NCBI RefSeq assembly: GCF_000698785.1
Contig: NZ_CP007536.1
Span: forward strand, 2,340,001 to 2,372,000
Origin: Nitrososphaera viennensis EN76
GTDB lineage: Archaea; Thermoproteota; Nitrososphaeria; Nitrososphaerales; Nitrososphaeraceae
Reading direction: 5' to 3'
Length of the DNA: 32,000 nt
Shown: positions 8,130-15,842 of the stretch, one piece after another
Position numbering within the stretch: position 1 is the first letter of the stretch
Layout: the number at the start of each line of letters is the position of its first letter
Made by a program: the position numbers and the translations under genes
Notes under the pieces: model-generated
The model's input: the letters and a program-made list of their open reading frames with translations, nothing else
What the model was told of the DNA's origin: nothing
The model's database searches: none

Positions 8130-8942
8130 ATGCAGATTAGCGGTGGCATGAGTTCGACAATTGAGGACGGCGGCGGTGACGATGATGATTATGGTGGAGA
8201 AGAAGGACTTGACGACTTTCCGATAGTGGGCTCTGCGCAGGAGATCCTGGACGACAAGCCATCAGCTTCATCATCTTCTTTTGACTTTCCCGCGGAGGAA
8301 GAAGTGTCCTTCTCTGGCAAGAGCGAGAACTATTGCGTGTGCTTCATAGACATGGTGAACTCGACCGTCGTCACGTCAGGGCTGGCCTCTGCCAAGCTCG
8401 TCAGGTACTACTCTATCTTCCTAAACGCCACGGCGGCAATCGCCAAGAACTTTGGCGCAAAGGTGATAAAAAACGCCGGCGACTGCCTGATATACTATTT
8501 TCCTGCCACGTCCGACCCCGCAAGCAATGCTGCATTCTCTGACGTGCTTGAATGCTGCACGGCCATGATAGACGCCAACAAGGTCATCAACGCCAGGCTC
8601 AATACAGAGGGCCTCCCGCCGCTCGGCTATCGGATAAGTGCCGATTATGGAAAGGTGGAAGTGGCCCGGTCGGCAACTTCCAACAGCGACGACCTGTTCG
8701 GGTCGACGATGAACCTGTGCGCCAAGATAAACTCAAAGGCCCCAAAGAACGGGGTGGTGGTAGGGGCAGACCTGTACAGGGTGATCCAGTCCATCCCCGC
8801 GGTCGCCGAGCTGTACAATTTTGAGCAGGTCTGCTCGTATCTGGTCGGCCCGGAGCAGCAACAATACCCCGTGTTTTCCGTCGCAAGGCGGCAAAAAAGG
8901 AACATCGTCAACCCCTTCAAGGTAATGCCTGCAAGAAGCTAA
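8130..8942 (+). CDS. Stand-alone class III nucleotidyl (adenylate/guanylate-type) cyclase domain protein with an acidic low-complexity N-terminus
   Basis: Class III cyclase motifs occur in order: CFIDMVNST (metal Asp), KVIKNAGDCLIYYF (second Asp), YRISADYGKVEVA, DLFGSTMNLCAKINS and NGVVVGADLY. The N-terminal ~60 aa are Asp/Gly/Ser-rich. The start could instead be the ATG at 8148, with a TATA-like cttataag at 8115-8122. Confidence 0.8.
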   Translation: MQISGGMSSTIEDGGGDDDDYGGEEGLDDFPIVGSAQEILDDKPSASSSSFDFPAEEEVSFSGKSENYCVCFIDMVNSTVVTSGLASAKLVRYYSIFLNATAAIAKNFGAKVIKNAGDCLIYYFPATSDPASNAAFSDVLECCTAMIDANKVINARLNTEGLPPLGYRISADYGKVEVARSATSNSDDLFGSTMNLCAKINSKAPKNGVVVGADLYRVIQSIPAVAELYNFEQVCSYLVGPEQQQYPVFSVARRQKRNIVNPFKVMPARS

Positions 8943-9032
8943 TACCCGAGTCCTAGGCATAAGAGGCCTTTATCTTTTCGATAACCCTTTCGTAATCCGG
9001 GCCCTTCTTCCTTGCGTACCTCTCCATCGCAG

Positions 9033-10715
9033 TCAGAGGAATCCCCCCATTGACACGGCAAGCCCCGCGAAGAACAGGTTGACCGCCGTGGCGTTGCGGC
9101 CGACCTGGTGCATGAACTTTTTCATGCCGTGCTTGTAGTTGTGCTGCCAGGTCTTGTAGATTATGCCGAATTGCTCGGCGGTCATGGCGCTTCCGATGTT
9201 GTAGAAATCCGACCTTTCGAGGAGGCCGATTGGCACGAACGTCAGCGGGGCCACGGCAAACCTGGAGCCCTCCTGCTCGCTTTCAATCTCGTGCAAAAGC
9301 CGGATTGTCTCCCAGCTGTCGTCAGGCGTCTCGTCGTTGTCAAGTCCCATTATCAGGCTAAAGGCGGGTATCCAGTAATTTTCGTTCAGCGTCTTGACGG
9401 CGGTCTTGACCACCCAGTGCCATTCATCCGGCTTGTACGGGGCAAGCTTGCGGTCGGCGTACTTGCCGATGAGCCTGACGCTCCCGGTTTCAAGGCCGCA
9501 CTGGATGCCGATAAAATTGCCCGGCCCCGCATTTATGATCCTTGACACGCTTGGGATCAGCCTCTCGTCGGCTATTGCCCCCGACAGTGTCCCGTGCGTC
9601 GGGTTGGTGTGCTCGACGCCGGTAGCCATAACGCCCCTGAACAGCTCCTCGATCGCCTCCCTGTTTGGCTGCATGTTCTTGCTGGAGCGGGGGTTCATGC
9701 CGTAGACGAAAATGTCGTCGCTGTGTATCCAGGCGTTTTTCAGCCCTCCGTACTTCATGTTTATCTCTATCTCCTTCTGCACCTTCTCGACAGGGTAGTA
9801 TCTCAGCGGCCTAAGGGTCACGTCGCAGAACTTGCACCCGCGCCCGCAGCCGCGCATCACCTCTATCATGCCGTGCATGCTGGGGTTGACTATGTTTGGG
9901 ATTTCTTCAATCGAAGGCTCGTTCCAGTAGTGCACAAACCTGCCGTGGTACGTCTTTTCTCCGCGCAGGAATTCCTTTATCTCCACCTTGAACTGGCTCT
10001 TCTTGAAGGGGTTGTTTGCCACGTCAAACTCGCCTCCGATGAGGGCGTCAAAGAACGGGCCTGCCGCGCCGTCTATCTCGGGGGCCATGCCGCCAAGCTC
10101 GCCTTCCAGGATGGCGTATATGCCGTATTCCTCTATCTTGGCCGGGTCGTAGTTGTACTGCCAGGTGCCGGACGCCCCGACAACGACCTTTGCCTTGCTA
10201 GAGTTTCTGGCCTTTGCGGCGTTTATCCTGCCGTGGAGCTCCCTGCTGCAGTATTCAGTGTAGGACATGAGGTGCCTGCCGTACGTAAATGTCATGCTGA
10301 CTGGCCCCATGCCGAGAGGGTCCATCTCGTAGACGCCCACCGCCTCCGTCTCCGGTCCGATGAATTCCCCGACGTGGTCGGGATGCACGACTGCAACGTC
10401 GCCCGCGCTGTAGCCACTCTTCAACAGCGCCGCCTCGACCTTCCTCAGGCCGTACGGCGCGTACATGGCCCTCCCTCCTGCCGCCTGCGCGATGGGGTTG
10501 CACAGGAAATTGAAAAGCGGCATCGGGGTAACCTGGTTTCCAAATACCAGCCTTGACAGAGACCTGCTGCCGGTCATGTAGTACCAGAAAGAGTTGGCGC
10601 CATTGCCATCATTTTGCTCCAGAGCCGGAAAACACCCAAGAAACGATGCCAGGGAGATTCCCCTGTACGGCGACATGAGGGTGCGGTCGGCGGTCAGGAC
10701 GATCTTGGGCGCCAC
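9033..10715 (-). CDS. Large radical SAM enzyme with an N-terminal extension (B12-binding-like layout)
   Basis: The 560-aa ORF has the canonical CxxxCxxC cluster motif MRGCGRGCKFCDV, about 290 aa from the N-terminus. The + strand ORF 9594..10556 is an antisense shadow. Confidence 0.85.
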   Translation of the reverse strand: MAPKIVLTADRTLMSPYRGISLASFLGCFPALEQNDGNGANSFWYYMTGSRSLSRLVFGNQVTPMPLFNFLCNPIAQAAGGRAMYAPYGLRKVEAALLKSGYSAGDVAVVHPDHVGEFIGPETEAVGVYEMDPLGMGPVSMTFTYGRHLMSYTEYCSRELHGRINAAKARNSSKAKVVVGASGTWQYNYDPAKIEEYGIYAILEGELGGMAPEIDGAAGPFFDALIGGEFDVANNPFKKSQFKVEIKEFLRGEKTYHGRFVHYWNEPSIEEIPNIVNPSMHGMIEVMRGCGRGCKFCDVTLRPLRYYPVEKVQKEIEINMKYGGLKNAWIHSDDIFVYGMNPRSSKNMQPNREAIEELFRGVMATGVEHTNPTHGTLSGAIADERLIPSVSRIINAGPGNFIGIQCGLETGSVRLIGKYADRKLAPYKPDEWHWVVKTAVKTLNENYWIPAFSLIMGLDNDETPDDSWETIRLLHEIESEQEGSRFAVAPLTFVPIGLLERSDFYNIGSAMTAEQFGIIYKTWQHNYKHGMKKFMHQVGRNATAVNLFFAGLAVSMGGFL

Positions 10716-10816
10716 ATAAACGACAAGCTTCTCAAAAATTTAAGTACATGAGTATGGCCGTTCTGGTACTGGCTTCTCTCGGTGCATTCCTGAAAGACAA
10801 TCAGTTAGTCAGTCAA

Positions 10817-11245
10817 TCAATCAATGTCAAGTCTCGCGGCAGCAGCCGCGCGCTCTTTTTGGCCGGCTGCATAGTTGAGGAAAATTTTCCCTGCCGTCGA
10901 GCCGGCAAGGCATCCTGCTATTATGGCATCCCTGGCGGCATCTGTGGAGCTCTTGCCATCCTCCTTGCGCTTTCTGTAAACTGCCCTGCCTACAAGCGCC
11001 GCCGCTGCGGCGCCTACGAGGTATTCTGGCGCGTCGGCCAGAAGGTGTCCAAGCGGGTCCTTGCGCGGGTCGACCCTGTCCATGTGCGCCGTGTAGTAAG
11101 TGCCATAGTCACGTATGTGGAGGTTGCCGTACCTGTACTGTTTTTTGGCGCCTTTCTTGCTTCCAAGGGACGTCTCCTCGATGCCTATTATCGGCCTGAC
11201 TGCTTTTGGGATGATGATGTTGCCGTCAGGGTCTACAAAATCCAC
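10817..11245 (-). CDS. Hypothetical protein
   Basis: The 142-aa ORF has a natural composition (HIRDYGTYYTAHMDRVDPRKDPLGHLLADAPEY). I prefer it to the overlapping + ORF 10748..11257, which is Cys/Arg-rich and shadow-like. Confidence 0.55.
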   Translation of the reverse strand: MDFVDPDGNIIIPKAVRPIIGIEETSLGSKKGAKKQYRYGNLHIRDYGTYYTAHMDRVDPRKDPLGHLLADAPEYLVGAAAAALVGRAVYRKRKEDGKSSTDAARDAIIAGCLAGSTAGKIFLNYAAGQKERAAAAARLDID

Positions 11246-11559
11246 GGCCGAAAATAGGCCGGTTTCGGATATAAAACTAGCGAATCAACGAATTTATCTT
11301 TCGATTTTGTTGCGTAACAAGAGGCGGCCAGAACCGAGCTAATTTTATATGCAATATGCTTAGAGGGCTAGATAGAGACCTGTATCCCAGTAGAAACAGA
11401 TGAATTTGTATGGTTCTGTTCTTGGCTTTACACAAAGAGCTTCCACTAATGCCATCCTGCTTCAAATTAGAAAACAGTATCCTATAGGGTTCGTTGGTAA
11501 TATGAATTCTAAAAATGGCTGGTTGTGCAAGAAACAGTCACTGATAATGGGCAAAGAAT

Positions 11560-12210
11560 TTGAGGCTGGGCCTACAACAGGCTAAAATAGGACTATCCAA
11601 AAACACGGTTGTGAAATTACTCATCCTAATTGTGATTGGAATATTCCTTGCGCTTTCATCCGGCATTTCTATCGCCCATGCAGATCATCTCCCACCGTCT
11701 TGTGTCCGAGACATAACTGGTGGCCCAGATGTGCCTATTGATCCTGAATTGAAGTATCAGTTCGGTCCGAAGTGGGGTGTAACAATTGAGGGTCAGGTTC
11801 GCTCTTTCTCCTATGACGGGCATATCCACAACGCCACAGCTAACGTAGAAAAGCACTCTCTTAATTTCAATGTAGATAGCAGTTGCTTATTTCTCAGACT
11901 TTCCCGCGACCTGATCGACTCTACTCAAAATGGGCAAGATGTTCCTTTCACCGTTTTGGTTAATGGTCAGGTGAGTGAGGACGTAGTAGAGGATGTCGTG
12001 CCTTCTACGGGCGATAGAGTGCTGTCCATAAAAATACCCCAAGATTACTCGAATGTGGAGATAATCGGCACTACAATCGCTCCTGAGTTTGGTGCACTCG
12101 CAGCCCTTCTCGTACCGTTAGCAATGGCAGGAATCGTGGCATACTCGACGATTTTTCGCAAACACAGGGGCAGCTTACCAAGTCAGAAAGACTTGTCGCA
12201 AATTAATTAA
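11560..12210 (+). CDS. Secreted protein with a PEFG-CTERM-type archaeosortase sorting signal
   Basis: It has an N-terminal signal-like segment (LLILIVIGIFLALSSGISIAHA). The C-terminus is APEFGALAALLVPLAMAGIVAYSTIFRKHR, giving the PEFG motif, a TM helix and a basic cluster. G+C is lower than in its neighbours (about 47% in one 60-nt spot count). Confidence 0.7.
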   Translation: MRLGLQQAKIGLSKNTVVKLLILIVIGIFLALSSGISIAHADHLPPSCVRDITGGPDVPIDPELKYQFGPKWGVTIEGQVRSFSYDGHIHNATANVEKHSLNFNVDSSCLFLRLSRDLIDSTQNGQDVPFTVLVNGQVSEDVVEDVVPSTGDRVLSIKIPQDYSNVEIIGTTIAPEFGALAALLVPLAMAGIVAYSTIFRKHRGSLPSQKDLSQIN

Positions 12211-12239
12211 CCCGCAACCTTTCACTATATCTCATCGCT

Positions 12240-12782
12240 TTGCCGGTCAAAGTTATTGCAAGCAGGCGCGTCTACAGGGGCGCCATCTCGCTCCGCAAGG
12301 ACAGGTTCTCGATAAACGGCGGGAGGGTGGTCGAAAAAGAGATAGTCGAGCACCAGCCGTCTGTCGGCATCATCGCTGTAACAGGCGACGATAGCATCCT
12401 CCTCGTGAGGCAGTACCGGCGTGCCCCGGACAAGACGCTGCTAGAGATCCCTGCCGGCAAGATAGAGAAGGGCGAGACGCCGAGGCAGGCGGCTGTTCGC
12501 GAGATGGACGAGGAGATCGGATACGCCGCCGGCAAACTGGAGCCCTTTCTCAAATGGTACCTTGCGCCCGGCTATGACACCGAGCTCATGCACCTGTTTG
12601 TCGCCACAAACCTGAAGAAAATAAAGAAAAGGCGCGCGATGGACGACGACGAAGATATAGTCACGAAAAAGGTCAGGCTTGCCGCCGCCGTGAAAAAGTG
12701 CCTCAACGGCGAGATAGAGGACGCCAAGACCATAGCCGCAATCATGGCGTACGCTTCTTCCTCATCATCAAAGCCACTCTGA
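12240..12782 (+). CDS. Nudix hydrolase, ADP-ribose pyrophosphatase-like
   Basis: The Nudix box is GKIEKGETPRQAAVREMDEEIGY, and the NudF-like context LLVRQYRRAPDKTLLEIPAG is present. The start codon is TTG. Confidence 0.85.
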   Translation: MPVKVIASRRVYRGAISLRKDRFSINGGRVVEKEIVEHQPSVGIIAVTGDDSILLVRQYRRAPDKTLLEIPAGKIEKGETPRQAAVREMDEEIGYAAGKLEPFLKWYLAPGYDTELMHLFVATNLKKIKKRRAMDDDEDIVTKKVRLAAAVKKCLNGEIEDAKTIAAIMAYASSSSSKPL

Positions 12783-13784
12783 CTGGACCGGCTGGTACAC
12801 CTTTTTCCTTGCGTCCTCGAGGCTGCTGCGCTCTATTATCAGCCCCTGCCTCTTCAGGTCGTCGACTGCCGCCTGCACAGTCCTCCTCGGCAGGTGGCTA
12901 AGGCTGATGAGCTCGCCCTGCTCCACCGGGTGCTTGGTCTTTATTATGTAGTAGATGAACTTTGACGCCGGCCCGCCCTCCGGGTCCTTGCGTATGTACG
13001 AGACGCCAAACGCCGATTTTGACAGAAAGCCCCTCCTCTGCGACTCGACGGAAGCGATTGCGTCCGGGTGGACCTCTGCAAGGTTGACGCGCTGGCCAAA
13101 CTCTGCCATCAGGGCAGACTGCTGCGATTCAAGCGGCGCCTCAAAGATGAACGTGCTTGGCGGGTACTCGTTTGTCATGGCGCCTACAAAGCTCCATTTT
13201 ACGAGGCCTTTTTCGTCGTATATGCCGACGTTATAGCCCTCGTTTGCCTCGATGACCACCTTTTTAGAGTCGAGTTTCACTGCCTCGTCGATCTTTTTCA
13301 GGGTGTCGTCGATCCCAAGCTGGTGCCTTGGGTCCTTCTTGCCCACCTTCCACTGGTATTCCAGGCCTGCCGCCTTGATTGCCTCCGTTATCTTTTTCTT
13401 CTGGGCCATCGGCAGATCGATGCTGCTCTCGCCTATCTCGACCATGTCAAAGCCGACCTTTGCAGCCTCCCTTGCAAACCTCTCAAGCGAGCTCTCTACT
13501 ATGGCAAATTCGGTTATCGTGCTTCCCGTCGAGACCTTGATGCCAAAGCCGTGGTAATAGTCGATCTTTTTCTTCAGGCTTTCGTCAGAGACGAGCATAG
13601 GGAGCGCCCCGTACACCTTGACGACGTCTACAAAGGGCGCTATCGTCGCAAAGTTCTCCCTGTCCAGCCCCTGGAACTTGTCGATCGTGCATGTCAAGCC
13701 TTCCTTGCGGGGCTTTTTTGCATCCATCCTGTTCTTGGCAAGGCCGTCGAGCATAGTTCTATATGATATATGCAGATTCTGCAT
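12768..13784 (-). CDS. comA: Phosphosulfolactate synthase (ComA) family enzyme fused to a C-terminal winged-helix domain
   Basis: Strong resemblance to ComA from memory: VEIGESSIDL, VVIEANEG and IFEAPLESQQSALMAEFGQRVNLAEV...SVESQRRG. An extra ~80 aa tail, LSHLPRRTVQAAVDDLKRQGLIIER, looks MarR/ArsR-like wHTH. The true start may be Met11 at 13754. Confidence 0.85.
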   Translation of the reverse strand: MQNLHISYRTMLDGLAKNRMDAKKPRKEGLTCTIDKFQGLDRENFATIAPFVDVVKVYGALPMLVSDESLKKKIDYYHGFGIKVSTGSTITEFAIVESSLERFAREAAKVGFDMVEIGESSIDLPMAQKKKITEAIKAAGLEYQWKVGKKDPRHQLGIDDTLKKIDEAVKLDSKKVVIEANEGYNVGIYDEKGLVKWSFVGAMTNEYPPSTFIFEAPLESQQSALMAEFGQRVNLAEVHPDAIASVESQRRGFLSKSAFGVSYIRKDPEGGPASKFIYYIIKTKHPVEQGELISLSHLPRRTVQAAVDDLKRQGLIIERSSLEDARKKVYQPVQSEWL

Positions 13785-13788
13785 ATAT
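13766..13788. promoter_or_regulatory. Perfect 23-bp palindrome ATATATGCAGA-t-TCTGCATATAT in the comA / transporter divergent region
   Basis: I read it directly and verified the 11-bp arms by reverse complement. It overlaps the first listed ATG of the comA-like ORF. It sits 12-34 nt upstream of the alternative start at 13754, which is the TATA/BRE position. Confidence 0.5.
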
Positions 13789-13824
13789 TTCTAGGTTGCC
13801 AGTCGCGTATTGCGCATTTGATGT

Positions 13825-13836
13825 CAATTATATTGC
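13825..13836 (+). promoter_or_regulatory. Putative TATA promoter (caATTATATTGC) of the substrate-binding protein gene
   Basis: The TATA centre is about 27 nt upstream of the GTG start at 13858. The same AAtTATATTGC motif recurs at 14964 and 31877. Confidence 0.45.
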
Positions 13837-13857
13837 GCCGACCGCGCTAGCAAAAAG

Positions 13858-14913
13858 GTGGACTTTAGGCTCAAGCTGGGCATAGCCGCGGCCCTTGTCG
13901 TTTTTGTCATTGGAACTTCACTGGCTCTCAACGACCAGCCCCTTGCCAGGTACAGCGGAGCGTCAGGCCCTTCAGACACATTGAGGCTTGGCTACTTTCC
14001 AAACGTCAACCACGCGCAGGCAGTCATCGGGGTTGGAAACGGCGACTACCAGAAAGCCTTTGGAGGCATCAAGCTTGAGACGCAGATATTCAACGCCGGC
14101 CCAGCGGCAGTCGAGGCGCTGTCTGCCAACAGGATAGACTGCTCGTACGTGGGTCCAAACCCTGCCGTCAACGGCTACCTGAAATCCGAGGGTTCGCTTA
14201 AGGTCGTGTCGGGCGTGTCAAGCGGGGGCGCCGTGTTTGTCGTACGAGACGACGCCGGCATAAACTCGCCGGACGACCTGGCAGGGAAAAAGCTGGGCTC
14301 TCCGCAGCTGGGCAACACGCAGGACGTTGCGCTGCGCAACTACCTGAAAAGTCACGGCTATGATGTCCAGATTATCGGGGGCGACCCCGAGATAGCTCCG
14401 GCCAAGACAGCCGACATATTGACATTGATGGTCAAGAAGGAGATGGACGGCGCGTGGGTGCCCGAGCCGTGGGGCGCAAGGCTTGTCCGGGAGGCAAACG
14501 CCCGCATCCTTGTCAACGAGCAGGACCTCTGGCAGGACGGCAAGTTTGCGACGTCGCTTTTGATATGCAAGGCCAGCTACATAGAAAGCAATCCCGAGAC
14601 TGTCAAGAGGTTAATCGAAGCGCATGTCAGCGAGACCCAGTGGATAAACAGCCACAAGGAACAAGCGATAAAGTCGTTCAATACGGCTGTTGCAGAGATA
14701 CTCGGCTCGGAATTCAACGAAGACGACCTGCGCACGTCGCTGACAAGGATGGAGTTCACCTACGACCCGCTTGAAGAGACAGTGCAAAAAGCGGCCGACG
14801 ACGCTTACGCGCTCGGCCTGCTCGACAAAGAGCCCGACCTTTCAGGCATGTTTGACCTGCAGATCCTAAACGGCGTATTGCAAGAGAGGGGACTTGCAAC
14901 AACAGCAGGGTGA
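13858..14913 (+). CDS. ABC transporter substrate-binding protein, NitT/TauT (nitrate/sulfonate/taurine, NMT1-like) family
   Basis: The 351-aa ORF has an N-terminal membrane anchor or signal (LGIAAALVVFVIGTSLAL). The SsuA/TauA-like pattern includes LRLGYFPNVNHAQAVIG and GKKLGSPQLGNTQDVALRNYL. Confidence 0.85.
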   Translation: MDFRLKLGIAAALVVFVIGTSLALNDQPLARYSGASGPSDTLRLGYFPNVNHAQAVIGVGNGDYQKAFGGIKLETQIFNAGPAAVEALSANRIDCSYVGPNPAVNGYLKSEGSLKVVSGVSSGGAVFVVRDDAGINSPDDLAGKKLGSPQLGNTQDVALRNYLKSHGYDVQIIGGDPEIAPAKTADILTLMVKKEMDGAWVPEPWGARLVREANARILVNEQDLWQDGKFATSLLICKASYIESNPETVKRLIEAHVSETQWINSHKEQAIKSFNTAVAEILGSEFNEDDLRTSLTRMEFTYDPLEETVQKAADDAYALGLLDKEPDLSGMFDLQILNGVLQERGLATTAG

Positions 14914-14963
14914 CAACATGTGCTAAAAACCCGCATATCTTCAACTAATTGCGCATATGCCGC

Positions 14964-14975
14964 AAGTTATATTGC
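14964..14975 (+). promoter_or_regulatory. Putative TATA promoter (aaGTTATATTGC) of the permease gene
   Basis: It has the same motif as 13825. It lies inside the 5' extension of the listed ORF 14949, which argues for the downstream start at 15021/15024. That start is preceded by aaaggaggag. Confidence 0.4.
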
Positions 14976-15023
14976 AACGCCGTTAACGATCCTGCAAAAC
15001 AAAGGAGGAGCTTGGCGATAGTG

Positions 15024-15842
15024 ATGCAACAGCAGCAAAAAACCACAGGAGCGCGCAAGAAAAACGGGAACACGACAATTAGTGACCTTGCAAGCATTGC
15101 GCTCTTTCTTGCGGCATTTGGGGCCGCGTGGCAGGTGGTCTACCTTGCGGGCTTCTTTCCAGAGCAGTCGCTTCCTTCGCCAATCTCTGTCGCGCAGTCG
15201 TTTGCAGACCTTTCATCTGCCGGGTCGCTTGGCGCCGGCGTCGCTGTGACGATGGGCAGGCTTGCCGCCGGCTTTGCCATCTCTGTGGCAATCGGGGGCG
15301 CAGTGGGCCTTGCGATGGTGCGCTTCAAGGACTTTGGCAAGACCATGAGCTCGTTTTCGGTCGGCCTCCAGTCGTTCCCGAGCATAGCGTGGGTGCCCTT
15401 TACGATACTCCTGATCGGCTTTAACGACTTTGGCATCCTGTTCGTCATGGTGATAAGCTCCGTGTTCTCGGTGATGATGTCGACGTACAGCGGCATACGC
15501 AACATACCGCCCATCTACATGCGCGCCGCGCGCAACATGGGAGCAGACGGCTTTGTGCTGTTCCGCCACGTCATGCTGCCGGCAGCGACTCCCACCCTGA
15601 TAATCGGGCTCCGCCAGGCCTGGTCATTTGCGTGGCATGCGCTCGTGGGCGCAGAAATACTCATCTCGCTTGTGGGCCTTGGGCACATCCTGAGCGTTGG
15701 AAGGGAGCTTGGCAACATGGGCTGGATAATGGCAACCATGATAGTGATATTTGTAATAGGCATGGTGGTCGACAGGGTCATCTTTTTCAAGCTTGAAGAG
15801 CGCATCCGCTCAAGGTGGGGCCTCAACCAGCACGCCGACTAG
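15024..15842 (+). CDS. ABC transporter permease, NitT/TauT (SsuC/TauC-like) family
   Basis: It is a multi-TM protein with the binding-protein-dependent permease pattern RAARNMGADGFVLFRHVMLPAATP (EAA-like loop). I moved the start to the ATG at 15024; see the promoter call. Confidence 0.85.
   Translation: MQQQQKTTGARKKNGNTTISDLASIALFLAAFGAAWQVVYLAGFFPEQSLPSPISVAQSFADLSSAGSLGAGVAVTMGRLAAGFAISVAIGGAVGLAMVRFKDFGKTMSSFSVGLQSFPSIAWVPFTILLIGFNDFGILFVMVISSVFSVMMSTYSGIRNIPPIYMRAARNMGADGFVLFRHVMLPAATPTLIIGLRQAWSFAWHALVGAEILISLVGLGHILSVGRELGNMGWIMATMIVIFVIGMVVDRVIFFKLEERIRSRWGLNQHAD

Noticed and set aside
9594-10556. Long + strand ORF (320 aa) opposite the radical SAM gene. Similar long antisense ORFs occur at 6..437 (+), 2453..3145 (-), 6533..7156 (-), 13068..13766 (+) and 23586..24098 (-).
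   Set aside because: These are Arg/Pro/Ala/His-rich, low-complexity translations typical of shadow frames in GC-rich coding DNA. In every case the opposite strand encodes a protein with clear family motifs.
10748-11257. 169-aa + strand ORF overlapping the 142-aa minus ORF.
   Set aside because: The minus-strand translation has a balanced, motif-like composition and sits in the same orientation as the downstream radical SAM gene. The + frame is Cys/Arg-rich and shadow-like. Only the minus ORF was retained, and only at moderate confidence.
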